A stretch of 64,000 bases of DNA from Glaucostegus cemiculus (taxonomy: Eukaryota). The first letter of the stretch is position 1; each line of letters begins with the position of its first letter. The DNA is taken from positions 20,336,001 through 20,400,000 of the forward strand of contig CDPCPM010000016.1 in NCBI GenBank assembly GCA_976551045.1. The letters are read 5' to 3'. The position numbers were made by a program, and so were the translations under genes. The notes under the pieces were generated by a model that saw only the letters and a program-made list of their open reading frames with translations, was not told where the DNA came from and made no database searches. Shown piece by piece: positions 37,516 through 50,074 of this stretch.

Positions 37516-40109
37516 CAGGTTTTGCCATTTCCCCACCAGCTCCAACACCCACTCCAGGATTACACAGGAATTGTGTGGTTTTGATTGTGTAAATTCTTGT
37601 GTTATTTTTAATTTCCCATAGACCAGTCAGGAGTGATTTAAAGGTCTTTTACAAACATCTTTTTAAGTCATTCTGCGGATACCCTCTGTTTCCCAGCACA
37701 ACATTCAGTGACTCACCACAAGCAACACCAATGGTATGCATGCTCACAGATTTATGAGTGTCGACAACTTTATATCAAAATTAACACAGAGCAAAATATA
37801 GCACCATATGCATCCTTGAACTTATACATTTCGATATCTTTAGGAGAGAAGGATAAGGATCTGGGAGATAATTAAACCTCCAAACCATAGCTGGCTGCTG
37901 CTACCTAGCAGCCACAGTGCACATATAACAGTTGGTAAATGCATGACTAATTAGATGAGTGCTTGATAAGGAAAGAACTTTTTAAAAAAAAAATGAACTG
38001 CTGCGCAAGGGAAAGTCACTTTGTGCCACGTTTCCACAATGATGACAGCCACTCATCACACTTGTCTGGTTCTCTGCACAATGTGCTGACTGTAAACAAA
38101 GAACAATCTCTGGCTGCTGCTTTGATACAGTATTTATACAGTGAGTGCAATCAACTGCATCATCTGCACTCAACAACAAAGACACAATTGTGTTTTTCCA
38201 ATTGGGCACGTGAGTTACATAAATAACATGTCACTTCATTGGAAAAGCTTAAGAAATGCCAGTGAATCTTTTGTTAAGTAGAAGACATTTTGTAATTACA
38301 CCTGGTCTTTAAAAAAATTAAGATTTTTTTCTTTAATCAATTGTTTTTTAAGTATGATACTAACTTTTGTACATGTTGGCATATCACCATAGGTGAGCAA
38401 AGCCTCCTGTTCAGCTTTAAAGCATAACGAGCAGTTGGGCTGCATCATCTAATTTGTGTAGTAAATTCCATGCAAGTTGTTGCTATGGAGTGTGGCTAAA
38501 ATATATTGCTCTATGTAAAATGCATGCTGCCTCAGTGATAAAGGGCCATGTTCATTTTACTAATATGCATCTTTTCAATACAGATTGTTTTACGTTTTGC
38601 AAAGTTGCTTCCTGTATTTGCTGTGTCTTTGAGAACTTGTGTACTTCAATCGTTAGAAATATCAGGACGAAACACAGTTAATCTTATTTTCCCACCATGT
38701 AACCAAGATGTCTATTCTCAGACAGCAGGGCGTGGTGCAAAGACTTATGCTGGCCATGGGAATCGTAAAGTGCAGGAATGAGCAGTCCATAAACAGGGAT
38801 AAACATTGTTCTCTCAGTTAAGCTCTTGAATTCATTTAATCAAAGGCTTGCTCACTTTTGCTCTCCGGGGAGATTTGCTTCTTGTCTGGGAACTGGTATT
38901 GGACCCTCCATGGCATTCCTGCATGTTCCTGAGCTGCTGCCCCAGGGAGCATTTGATAAGCAATAAATGTGTTGGAATGGCTCACACTGGGTTCCAGACG
39001 TGTAAAACTATTAAAAACAAAATGCTTGCCTTCTGAATGTCTGAGGATTATTTTGGAAGAAACAGTACATGAAATGGATGTACTTGGCACATGGCGAGCA
39101 CTATAATTAAGTCTTACATTTAAATTTTGGGGTGAGATAAGAGTGTATATAGGCAGACTGATATTTTTAAGAATGATGCCTGTAATTTAAATTAACAGAT
39201 GTCGATGAGTAGTTCTGACAACATTGCCACAGCAGAGTCGCACACTATTTCATTAACTCTTTTAGAGTTAAGTGAATATTAATTATCCAATTTCCCGTGA
39301 AGTGGACAAATGAGCAAAAAAAGACAGGAGCAGAATTGCCCTGGTCAGCTCACATATTCTCCCACTGGAGAATGCGGTTTAAGAATAGAAATAGGTTGCC
39401 TGTCTCTTTGCTGGATTTGACCACAGTACCCAATGGCCATTTACAGTTGGGGAAAAAAATGGGGAACTTGCATTAACTGGTTAGGTGGTTGATAACTTTC
39501 ACTGGAAGTCCACATCAGATTGTTGCTTTAAATTTAAACAGGTGGGTATAAGCAAGTATTTTGATCAGTCCATCAAAGAGGCATGTCTGGGAGGAGTCCA
39601 GGCTGCCTTGGATTTCCTTCCAGCTGTCCTTACGAGCTCTGAATGCCTATCATAACCATATAAGTGCCCTGATCACAGGTATATGGGGCAGAGTCTGCAA
39701 ACCAATACATCAAGGAGCAGCACTTAAAAGGTGGCTCAATACTCTAGTTTTGATCTCCTTTTTTCTCGTTTGTATTGGTGGAGAAGTTTATTCAGTGGTG
39801 TCTGGGGAAGTGTTCTGTTTTGACTTCTGAGGTGTTCTATTAAAGTATGACAACAACAGCATTCAGTCAGCTTATCATAGTTATTTTTCTCTTCCAACTT
39901 CCTTCTGAGCTGTAGGCACTGATTATTTGCAAGCAATATTTTTCATTCAGTGTGAGGCACCCTCTAGTACTGTCCAGTTTGTATTGTTCATACTTCAGTT
40001 TTAGTACATGTTTCCATACTTCCCTGTGACACAGAAGGCAGAGACTTCAGCCCAATGAGTCTCTATTTGCTCACAGAGCAATCCCATTCCCCCATTTAAT
40101 ATTTTTCTT

Positions 40110-41170
40110 TCTACTTGAGAAAGGTAAACAGGGATTAAGCAGGGATAAACCAGAGAAGCAAGACCAGTGAGTCTTGTATTGGTTTTGGAAACTTATTGAA
40201 AGGGGTTCTGAGAGAGAGGATTCATTTGAATCTGGAAAGGCAAGGATTGATTAGGGACACTCAGCATAGCTTTGTGCATGGAAAAAGCTGTTTGCATGTA
40301 AAAGGACATCTGGCAAGTGGGAGGCTTTCAAAAGTGAGATAGGAAGAGTTCAGGGCCAGCATTTTTCCTGTTAGAGTGAAGGGCAAGGCCAGCAAGATTA
40401 GGGAAGCTTAGTTGATGAGGGATATTGAGGGTCTAGTCAGGAAAAGAAGTAAGCATCTGTCAGGTATAGGCAGCTGGGATCAAGCAAGTCCCTTGAGATG
40501 TATAAAGGACATAGGAGTATAGTTAAGAAAGAAATTAGGAAGTAAAGAGGCCATGAGATATCCCTGGCAGACAAGATAAAGGAGACTCCTGAAGGACATT
40601 GAGCAAAAGAGGAGCTAGAGAGAGAATAGGTCCCCTTACTGATCAGTTTAGTGAGCTATGTTTGGAACTGCAGGAAATGGGTGAAGTCTTAAGTGGATAC
40701 TTCTCATAGGTAATTAACATGAGAGATGGAAGTTAGTGAGTTCAGGGGAGGGAACAGTGATATCCTGGAGCATATCAACATGACAAAGAAGGAAGTGTTG
40801 GAAGTCTTAAAACACATAAATTTGAATAAAGCCCCAGGGCGTGACCAGGTCTATCCAAGGATGTTATGGGGAACAAGAGAGGAGATTGCTGGGGCTTTAG
40901 CAGTGATGTTTGTATCTTTGTTAGCCATCGATGAAGTACTAGATGAATTGGAAAAAAAACAATATTGTGCCTTTATTTAAACAGGGCAGTGGGGATAAGC
41001 TAGGGAACTACTGGCTGGTGAGTCTTGCATCAGTTGTAGGAAAGTTATTGAAAAGGATTCTGAGGGACAGGATTTATCTTCATTTGTTAAAAGTAAGGAC
41101 TGATTGGGGACAGTTAGCATGGCATTTAAGAGGCATCTTGATAGGTTTTTGAAGGAGCAGGGTATAGAAG
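40110..41170 (+). mobile_element. CR1 ORF2 fragments; the 3' end resumes at 42424-42545 after a Rex insertion
   Basis: KAPGRDQVYPRMLWGTREEIAGALA and IVPLFKQGSGDKLGNYWLVSLASVVGKLL..ILRDRIYLHL. Confidence 0.8.
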
Positions 41171-41179
41171 GCTCTTACA

Positions 41180-42420
41180 CTCATCTCTGGTGCATCTAGA
41201 TAGTAAGGCCACCTACATTAGACTGTTGTTTATTGACTACAAATCCATCTTCAATACAATAATTCCAAGCAAACTCATCTCTGACCTCCTAGACCTCTGA
41301 CTCAACAGCTCCCTTTGCAAGTGGATCCTTGACTTCTTGAACAACAGACCACAATCAGTGAGGATAGGCAGCAACACCTCCACCACAATTGTCCTCAACA
41401 CTGGTGCCCCACAACACTGTATCCTCAGCCCCCTACTCTACTCCCTATACACTCAGGACTGCATGGCCAAATTCTGTTCTAACTCCAGCTTTAAGTTTGC
41501 AGATGACACCACCGTTGTGGGCTGAATCTCAAATAATAAGTCTGAGTACAGGAAAGCGATAGAAAGCTTAGTGACATGGTGTCATGACAACAACCTTTCC
41601 CTCAATGTCAGTAAAACAAAAGAACTAGGCATTGACTTCAGGAAGGGGGGCAGTGTACATGCACCTGGTGATGTTCAGTCCGAGGAACTTGACATCAATG
41701 GTGCTGAAGTCAAGTTCCTCGGACTGAACATCACCAATAGCCTGTCCTGGTCCAACCATGAAGATGCCACGGCCAAGAAAGCTCACCAGCACCTCTACTT
41801 CCTCAAGAGGCTAAAGAAATTTGGCATGTCCCCTTTGACCCTTACCAATTTTTATCAACGCACCATAGAAAGCATCCTATCTGGATGCATCATGGCTTGG
41901 TATGGCAACTGCTCTGCCCAGGACTGCAAGAAACTGCAGAGTTGTGGACACAGCTGAGCACATCACAGAAATCAGTCTCCCCTCCATGGACTCTGTCTAC
42001 ACTTCTTGTGCCTCAGTAAAGCAGTCAGCATAATCAAAGACCCCACCCACCCTGAACATTCTCCCTTCACCCCCCTCCCCCTCGCCCACCCCCCCCCCCC
42101 ATCGGCAGAAGATACAATAGCACATACCACCAGGCTCAAGGACAGCTTCTATCCGGCTGTTATGAGACCTTTGAATGGTCCCCTAGTACGATAAGATGGA
42201 CTCTTGACCTCACAGTCTACTTTGTTATGACCTTGCACCTTATTGTCTGCCTGCACTGCACTTTCTCTGTAACTGTAACACTTTATTCTGCATTCTGTTA
42301 TTGTTTTCCCTTGTACTACCTTGATGCACTATTGTAATGACATGATCTGTATGGATGGCAGGCAAAACAAAATTTTTCACTGTACCTCTGTCCACATGAC
42401 AATAATAAACTAATTTACCA
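41180..42420 (+). mobile_element. Rex1/Babar LINE, RT domain to 3' end, decayed
   Basis: [38 protein letters not shown]; WCHDNNLSLNVSKTKEL..; homologous to 60380-61620. Confidence 0.9.
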
Positions 42421-42564
42421 AGTTAGAAGAATAAGGAATTAATGCGGCAAGTGCGATTAGTATAGATCGGCATTAGTATAGATGCAGTGGGCCGAAGAGC
42501 ATATTCATATTCTGCATACCTTTATGACCATAATCTATAATCTATTATGTTAATAAACTAGAGA

Positions 42565-43730
42565 TACATAATCTGGAGTAAAAAAAAAACAAGCTGCTGG
42601 AGGATCTCAGTATTTGTGGAGGGGAAGGGATGGCCAGCATTTAACCATCTAGATCCTGCATCAGGATTGAGTGTAGAGTGGACATAGTCAATATAATGAG
42701 GTGAGAGGGAGGGGGAAGGCAGGAGCTGACAGGTGGAGTCAGGTGAGGAGGGAGTTGGCTGGGTGGGGGGAGGGATTGGGGCGGAGTTTGGAGATGGTGC
42801 GTGATAGCTAGAGACGGATAAGGAGGGAGACAAAAAGGCAGATAGAGCCAGTGGGTTGGGGGGGGGGGTGGTAGAGACACAAGGTGGAAGGTGATAAATG
42901 GAGACACAAGAGGCTACAGATGCTGGAATCAGACAAGTAAAGAAGGTGATATGGAACCAGATAAGGGAGGGATGATGGGCAGGTGGAATTAGTTGGGGGA
43001 GGGGATAGGAGAAATAGTAGGTTAAATGTGTGGATGATAGGCAGATGGAACGAGGTGGGGGAGATGATCTGGGGTGTGGATGTCAGGAGAATCTGGATGG
43101 ACCAGAAAAAGAGAGAAAGGAACACAGGTGTGGGTTACCTTAAACTGGAAAATTCAGTGTTCACACTATTGGGTTATAGACCACCCAAGTTATATAAGGT
43201 ACTGTCTTCCAGTTTGCATTTGGGTTCACCCTGGCAGTGGAGGGGACCGAGGACAGGGGGGCTGGTGTGGGAATGGAAAGGGGAGTTGAAATGACATGCA
43301 TCCAGGAGGTCTACAGTGTGGTTGTATAGTCTATGCTTGGTCTCGTCGATGTAGAGGAGGCCACATCGAGAGCACTAAATGCAGTTGAGAAGATGCATGT
43401 GAATCGCTGCCTCTTCTGGAAGGGCTGTTTAGGTCCCTGGATGGTGGTGAGGGAGGTGGAGGGACAGCTGTTGCAGCTCCTACGGTTGCAGGGAAAAGTG
43501 GCTGGGGATGCCAAGGGGTAGGTGGGTTGGGATCAGTGAACCAGGGAGCTGCAGAGAGGGAGTGATCCCTGTGGAAGTTAGAAAGGGGTGGGGAGGGGAA
43601 GCTGTGACTAGGGATGAGATCCCATTGCAGCTGGCAGAAATGACGAAGGATGATGTTCTGGGTGCGAAGGCTGGTAGGGTGAAAGGTGAGGATGAAGGGA
43701 ACTCTTTCTCTCTTCTGTCTGGTGGAGGGG
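42565..43730 (-). mobile_element. Penelope-like element (Neptune-type) with GIY-YIG endonuclease remnant and duplicated terminus
   Basis: Minus strand PATFPCNRRSCNSCP..TTIQGPKQPFQKRQRFTC (Cys-rich linker); after a frameshift CSRCGLLYIDETK (YIG motif); pyrimidine-rich 3' region; terminal motif repeated at about 42565-42700 and 42900-42930. Confidence 0.85.
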
Positions 43731-46489
43731 ATGTTGATGGACTATTTGACTACAGAAGGCATGAATATCCAATCCAATTTTCACCTACCAAGAATCAATC
43801 AGAACCTGGGTAACAATCAGGACCTGGAATTCTGTTTGTTTTTTTCTGCCTAACCAAGAATCTGATATCACTATCAGTCGCCTTACTACTACCTTAATTA
43901 AAGGAGATCCTGGTTCATCATTGTGAATTTGCTGTACTGAGCATATTTCCCTCAGTTTTAGTCAGTGGACAACTGTGATCTCTTCAATAAATGGGATACA
44001 GTCTGGCTGACATGCAATACACTGTGTTTGAGAACGGCTGCTGCCTGCTTAATTTTAAAAGTCTATCTTCTCTGCAGCCTCACTACAAAATGAAATGTGT
44101 GCAATATTCCCACAGATGGAAGGAGTGCACCAGAAAGTTCAAAATCTTTCACCTCCTGGAATCAATTCATAAGTGGAAATTCTTTTTGAAACCACTCATG
44201 TTCAGATCTGACTTTCTCAGAAATTAACTCCCAGAAGTCAGCTTGGACAATCTTGAAAACATTCACATCATTATTTTCCAACTTGCAAGTCCATAACTCC
44301 TAATGTACCTTCTTCCTAAGTGTACACTTTATGGGTTTCAGAATATGTAATATTTACCACAAATAATAGACTAAGAACTTCTGCTTTTTGCCAGAATCTA
44401 AGTGAGTGTACCCTTGTGCCATTCCTCCCACATTAACTCCGAGTTTAGCACCTAAACTGTGATGACATTTGTTTCCAAATTTCATTGTGGGTGTTCCAGC
44501 CTTATTAAAAACACAGGTTGGAAAGCTCCACATCAAAAAGAGCCTTAATAATAACTTGCATATCTTAGACCATACTCGCACCTTAGAGTGATTTGGAACA
44601 TTCTGCTTTGAACTGATTTAATTATATACATAATTACAGTAAATTTCCGGTTAGCAGTGATTCAGATCCCTTGCACAGTGGAGAATAATCAGACCCCTCT
44701 TCCTGTAATGGTCAGAGTCAGACGGGTTTCTGAAGAGGAAGTCTCAGGAGGCTGCGGTGTAAACAAGCACATCAAACATATTATGAATGAGAGCCGTTTT
44801 AGAAAGCCACCTGTTCAAGTTGGTTACAAACAGTGAAGTGAGGCTCTGGGAATGGAACTGCTGTACAAGCCACTCACTTTGACCCACTGCTGTACAGCTC
44901 TTATCACAATGCTGCCATTCATCTGGCAATTAAAGTAAGGATTGTTCCCATGTGTTTCAGAAAGCACAATGAATAAAGTGAAAAGTGCATGCACTGTGTT
45001 ATTTAATGTATATCTGAAATTATTTAATCGCAGATTTGTACTTGTATTAAAAAAAAGCTGAAGTCAAAACACTAGTTATTCTCCTATTCTGACACTAACT
45101 GTACAGCTGATTTTGTTTATAATTTATAAACACAGATAATAACAGATGTAGCCAAAAAACAAAGATAGATTCTGAACAAAAATGGATAATTTGCTTTGTC
45201 ATTTGGAGACTGCAACTTTGATTTTTAATTGGGGAATGAGGGGCAACTGTGGAGCCGACATGACTGGTATTTGGCTTTCCCTAGTTTGCCATGACAAAGC
45301 TGGGCCAATTTAACATCTGGGTTGCATTTAAATAATTTCCTGACAAACTTGGCATCAATGATGTGGCAACAGTAGCAGGAGTGGGCAGGGGATTGCCACA
45401 CATGAACAGTCCCTGATAAAAGTAAACATAAGAGTGGAGTTCTGGGGAAGATCCTGTGGAGTTGAAAGTACATGTCTGCTGGGTCCCTATACCTGAAGAT
45501 AAAGTCATGAAAAAATAAGAATTATTAACTTGCCTGGTCTGTTTTGTTCCTGGCTCTTCCCTAATGCTGGATTTCCTTGGTAAATTAAATTAGTTTTGGG
45601 TCTGATTGGTGTCATCAAATACAACATTCAGTCTCAGCAAGTCTCTCAAACACTGGCCAACCCATGGCTGTTAACATGGTCCAGAGTCAATGAATAGCAT
45701 ATGAATAGAACAGTGGCATGAGTTTAGCTCTCCTCACATTTTTCTCATACTGGATGTGGAAGGGATTAAAATTGATCCTTAAATGTCAGATTTCTTAGTC
45801 ATCAGGCTTGGTGCATGGCAACAATGGAAAGAACATCTGGCTAGTGGTGGTGAGTGGGGAGGAGATCAGGGGCTGAAGAGCCTTGTGTGATAATTTCAAT
45901 TCACCCTGCTGTACAGTGGATGAACCAACTGGTCAGGAAGGATAGCAACAAATGTTGGGTACTAACAGGGGAATGGGATGACAAAGCAGAGTGGAGAAGG
46001 AAGTTAATAAAAAACCTTTCAAATCAGGGAAACAATGAATGAACAGTTGGTGATTATTTTCCCCTTTCTGTGAGAGATTTTGATGAGTGTCCTTTGATCT
46101 TTTTTGTTTGCCTTTGTTTCTGTTGAAATCATGCTGTTTTACAATGGGTGGTTCATTTTGTCCTCTAAGAGAATACAGCCCATCGTATGAGGAAGTTAAA
46201 AGTCTGATGGAATTACAACAACCCCCTACCCTTTCCTTCCCAGGACTCTAATACAAGATTAGAATAATTGAAACTGACACTATGTAATTTGGACTACATA
46301 GCAGAACGGAAAGGTCAGAGGGCATAAGAATATGACTGTATGTTGGACTTACAAATATTTACTTCCAAGACTGTAACATGTTGACATTGATTATTGTAAG
46401 CAGCTTACAATTTTAATTTTGATTACATATGTGGACCACACATCCAAACGATCACTAAGTCTGATCTTAATTGTGACCCTGCTTCAGAT

Positions 46490-46958
46490 CAAATGCTGCT
46501 GAAGCCCCCATCTATTCCTTTGTGAACTTAGATTTGACAATTCCACATGCTTCTGAAAAGCTTCTCATGTTCTACCCTCTTTGAACCTAAGGCTACCAAA
46601 AACTCTGCTGCTATGCCCTAACTTGAACCAAGGAGGAAAATCAGATCAACTAGCAACAAACAACAAAAAGGGTTAAGGTTTCTATTTGCCTGTGTTTCCA
46701 AGTTAAAAACACTATGCCAACACAAAAACAATTATACAGTGTGGAGTTTTCTCCACACTCTTCAGCTCAAAGTTTATTACTGAACCAATTATCATGAAAA
46801 CAAAATTACCTCTTCACTATAACCTTACTGTTTGTGGGAGCTTGATGTGCTTAAATTGTGTTTCTTCCACCACAACTACACTTCAAAAATACTTGAACAG
46901 CCAAAAGCACTTTGGGTCATCTTGAGGCTGTGAAATGTAGTACCCAAGTACAAGTTCA
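46490..46958 (+). mobile_element. Old L2 fragment (46490-46630) and DeuSINE/L2-type 3' tail (46825-46958)
   Basis: CTGCTGAAGCCCCCATCTATTCCTTTGT..TAGATTTGACAATTCC resembles the L2 'AETLIHAFVTSRLDY' region; CTACACTTCAAAA..AAAGCACTTTGGG..GAGGCTGTGAAA resembles the SINE tail at 50800-50855. Confidence 0.45.
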
Positions 46959-48149
46959 ACCCTTGTTCCTTCAAAAGCTAATTGTTAAAAATAAAGTGGG
47001 CTCCTGAGAGAAGAAGATATTGAGTTATTCAAAGGATAAGCAGAAGTTGACTGGCACAATGATCAACTACTTTTTTTTGGTGTTTATGAAAGAAAAGCTG
47101 ATTAGTGAGTAATATAAAAGTAGTTAAAAGTGAGATGATGACAGAGGTGATAATAAATAAAAAGTAACAAGTTGCATGATTATTTAAGCTATAAATCCTG
47201 CTGTCTAGAATTGATGCCCACATTCCCTGCCCAACTGTACTCACCTGAGTTGGATGTGGAGGGCCAGCGTTCCTGGGTCTTTGCCCTCGAGAGTTGGGTG
47301 GTGAGCTCTCCGTGACATGTCGACTTCAGGCAGCACAAGCCTGGGGGCCCAGCACTGAGATTAGCTTTGTCAGAAGGTAAAGCTATGGGCAGAGCTTTGC
47401 CCCATATCAAAGCTGTGAGATGGATTAACAGTTTTTGAATGCTTCTGACGTTCAATATGTTTAAAAACTATTAAAATTGATTTAGATGGAAATATTTAAA
47501 AAAAATTAAAACTATTATTTCAAAAGATAAAATTAAAACACCAAAATGCAAAGTCATTAGAGCCAAATAAAATCATTAGATATCATAAACTTTCCATATT
47601 TAGAAGGTTGAATGGGGGTATCAATCCTACGCAAGGTATGACCTGCCATAGGATCAGAGGTGGTTGTCCAGTGTGCTGCTGGTCAGTCCTAGTAAGACCA
47701 GACTTTGGCACGGGACTTCATGTGGACTTCACCAATGGAACAGGTGTGTCAACATCTGTCATTCAGACTTGTAATAGGTCAATGAGAACAGCTGAATGTC
47801 AATGCCTTCAACAGATCTAACATGCACATCATTTAATAGAATGTCAATGGTTTCAACAAGTCAGAAAGATGTGTTCCTGAGTGTTAGAAGCTAACAATGT
47901 ACATCCAATGATTCCAGAGGAAATGGGTGGAATAAATAGGTGGGTCCTACGATTTAACTTTCATAATTTTGTACTTGAGGAAAGGAGATTTTCAAGAGAC
48001 AATTAGTGGATAATTAATGCCCAATTAATTTAATATTGGGTGCTTGGAAAATTTTTAAATCTTTTATTAAGGATGGAATTGCTCTGTGTTTAGATAGAGG
48101 GAAGAACAATTGGAAAAGGTGAACAGAATTTTTTTAAAAAGTACTAGGA

Positions 48150-48390
48150 GTAGTTTATTTAGCCACGTAATCCTTTTGTGCCATGCAATTAGATTGTGGC
48201 TGGTGGATCCCAACTCCTTTTCTCCCCCTGTAGTCCATATTCAGGTACCTCAGATAACAGAAGTTTATTGAGTTCAGTCTTGAAAATGTCAGTTGGTCAA
48301 CATCCTCAGCCTTTTGGAGGAGCGAGTTCCAGGTCTCCACAGCCTTTTGTTCAATGATTTCATTCATAAATGGCCTAACTCTGACTTAAT
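48150..48390 (-). mobile_element. Old CR1 3' end
   Basis: Minus-strand peptide QKAVETWNSLLQKAEDVDQLTFSRL. Confidence 0.6.
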
Positions 48391-48781
48391 TATGATAACG
48401 TCTTGCAACTGCAGTGATCATGTGCAGAGGAATTAGTAAATGATCCTCTGCCAGGCCACCAGTCTGTAGGAATGAATACTGAAAGGAACTTCTTAAATAA
48501 GAGAAACATTGCCTAATGATTGGCTACAATCAGTTGCCAATTTGATTAAAACAAGTCCTCAGAGAAGTGAAAATCTACAACCTGAATAGCAATGTGAGAA
48601 ATATCAGGGAAGAAATAGTTACATAACAGGATGCCTGAGGATGCTCCATGTACCTGGGCTGTGTTTACAGCAACAAATCCATCCTTGATGTATCACATCG
48701 GTAAAAGGTGCCTTCTCCAACTGATCAACATGTGCTGCTCATTCTGAAACACAGATCTGACATGCACATCATTTAATAGAC

Positions 48782-48980
48782 TAGAACATGGACATAAGAA
48801 ATAGCAGCAGGAGTAGCCCATGTGCCCCCTCAGAACATCACCATCAATAGGGTCATGGCTGACTCCGTGCCTCTTTTTCCACCAATCCTCTGATTCCCAT
48901 ATATCCAAGAATCGATTGATTTCTGCCTTGAATATATTCAACAACTGAACATTCACAGTCCTGGAGGTAGAAAATTCCAA
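48782..48980 (-). mobile_element. Old CR1 3' end
   Basis: ACATAAGAAATAGCAGCAGGAGTAG tail motif; minus-strand peptide LLNIFKAEINRFLD. Confidence 0.65.
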
Positions 48981-50074
48981 GAGCTTTCAATTACCCTTGC
49001 ACTGAAGTTGCAGAAGAATCATCATGAGAATACAGGATCCAGTAGAGCTACTCTTCCCAAACATAGATATGGTGTTCAGCAAGCATCCCACTTTCAGAGA
49101 TGACCATTAACAGGTTCTTCAGCCAATAGTTCATCTACCTCCATTTCATGAATGCCAGGCCCTCTATGTCTTCCTGCGCGCTCATCCTATGCTGATATTT
49201 GATTGTTATTGTGCTCTCACCATCCTGTCCATCACTGGGCTGATTCTTGTTAGGGACTGGCTGTGTGATTTAGTGGATAAGGATATAGTTGTGACTTTGG
49301 AGGGAAAGGATCCTGATGCATCTTCTTCAGGTATGTGCTTCATTATATGAAACTTCCAATGAAGGAATTAAGAAAAAGAGTTTATAATAATAAGAGAGGG
49401 AAACAGAATTCTGCACAGACTTGCACAGGAAGAAGCAGCAGTCCGTTTCCATAATGCTGCCAGTTCTCAACAACTGCTGGCCAGCTTGTGGCTTCATTGT
49501 CTCCTGCTCTGTTTTTGAGCCTTTCAACAGCTGGACTCCCATGCACTTCCTTCCTTTTGGGGTGTCAGTAGCTGAAGGAAGCCTTGCCTATATTTATGGA
49601 TTCTTGTTACATGGTATGGTGCACCATCAACAATTATGTGTACAATGCAGAGATTGTGGAAAGCAGATAGTTGAGCAAGTGGGTGAGCTCATTTGCTTCA
49701 AACATGGACACTTCCCAGGCAGGTATTTGAACCTTCCTTGGAAGCATTAGATACAAGTGCAGTCAGATGATCACTGTGAATTGGAGTTTGGCATTGTACT
49801 TGTCCTTGTAAATAATCCTAAAGCAGGAGGAGAGTTTGGTATTGTTTGGTATGGTTGAACTAGATCTGGCAGAGAAGAATAACTAGGCATTAAGCACTAT
49901 GCTAAGGGAAATGAAACAGGATACCTTCAATAAGAGCTCCAATGATACTGTGGGATAGATTGATCTGTCTCTCCCTGTCTCTCTCTTGGTTGTAAACACC
50001 CTTGTAAATATCCTAAACAAGATATTGCTGCAGCCTCAATCCAGTCACAAGTATTCATCATTTTATACGTGAAT

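Noticed and set aside
38708-38821. 37-codon ORF MSILRQQGVVQRLMLAMG..
   Set aside because: Short, unrecognised, and without promoter or splice support.
46738-46759. 9-10 bp hairpins here and at 16144-16177 and 51324-51354
   Set aside because: Short or low-complexity enough to be expected by chance in 64 kb.
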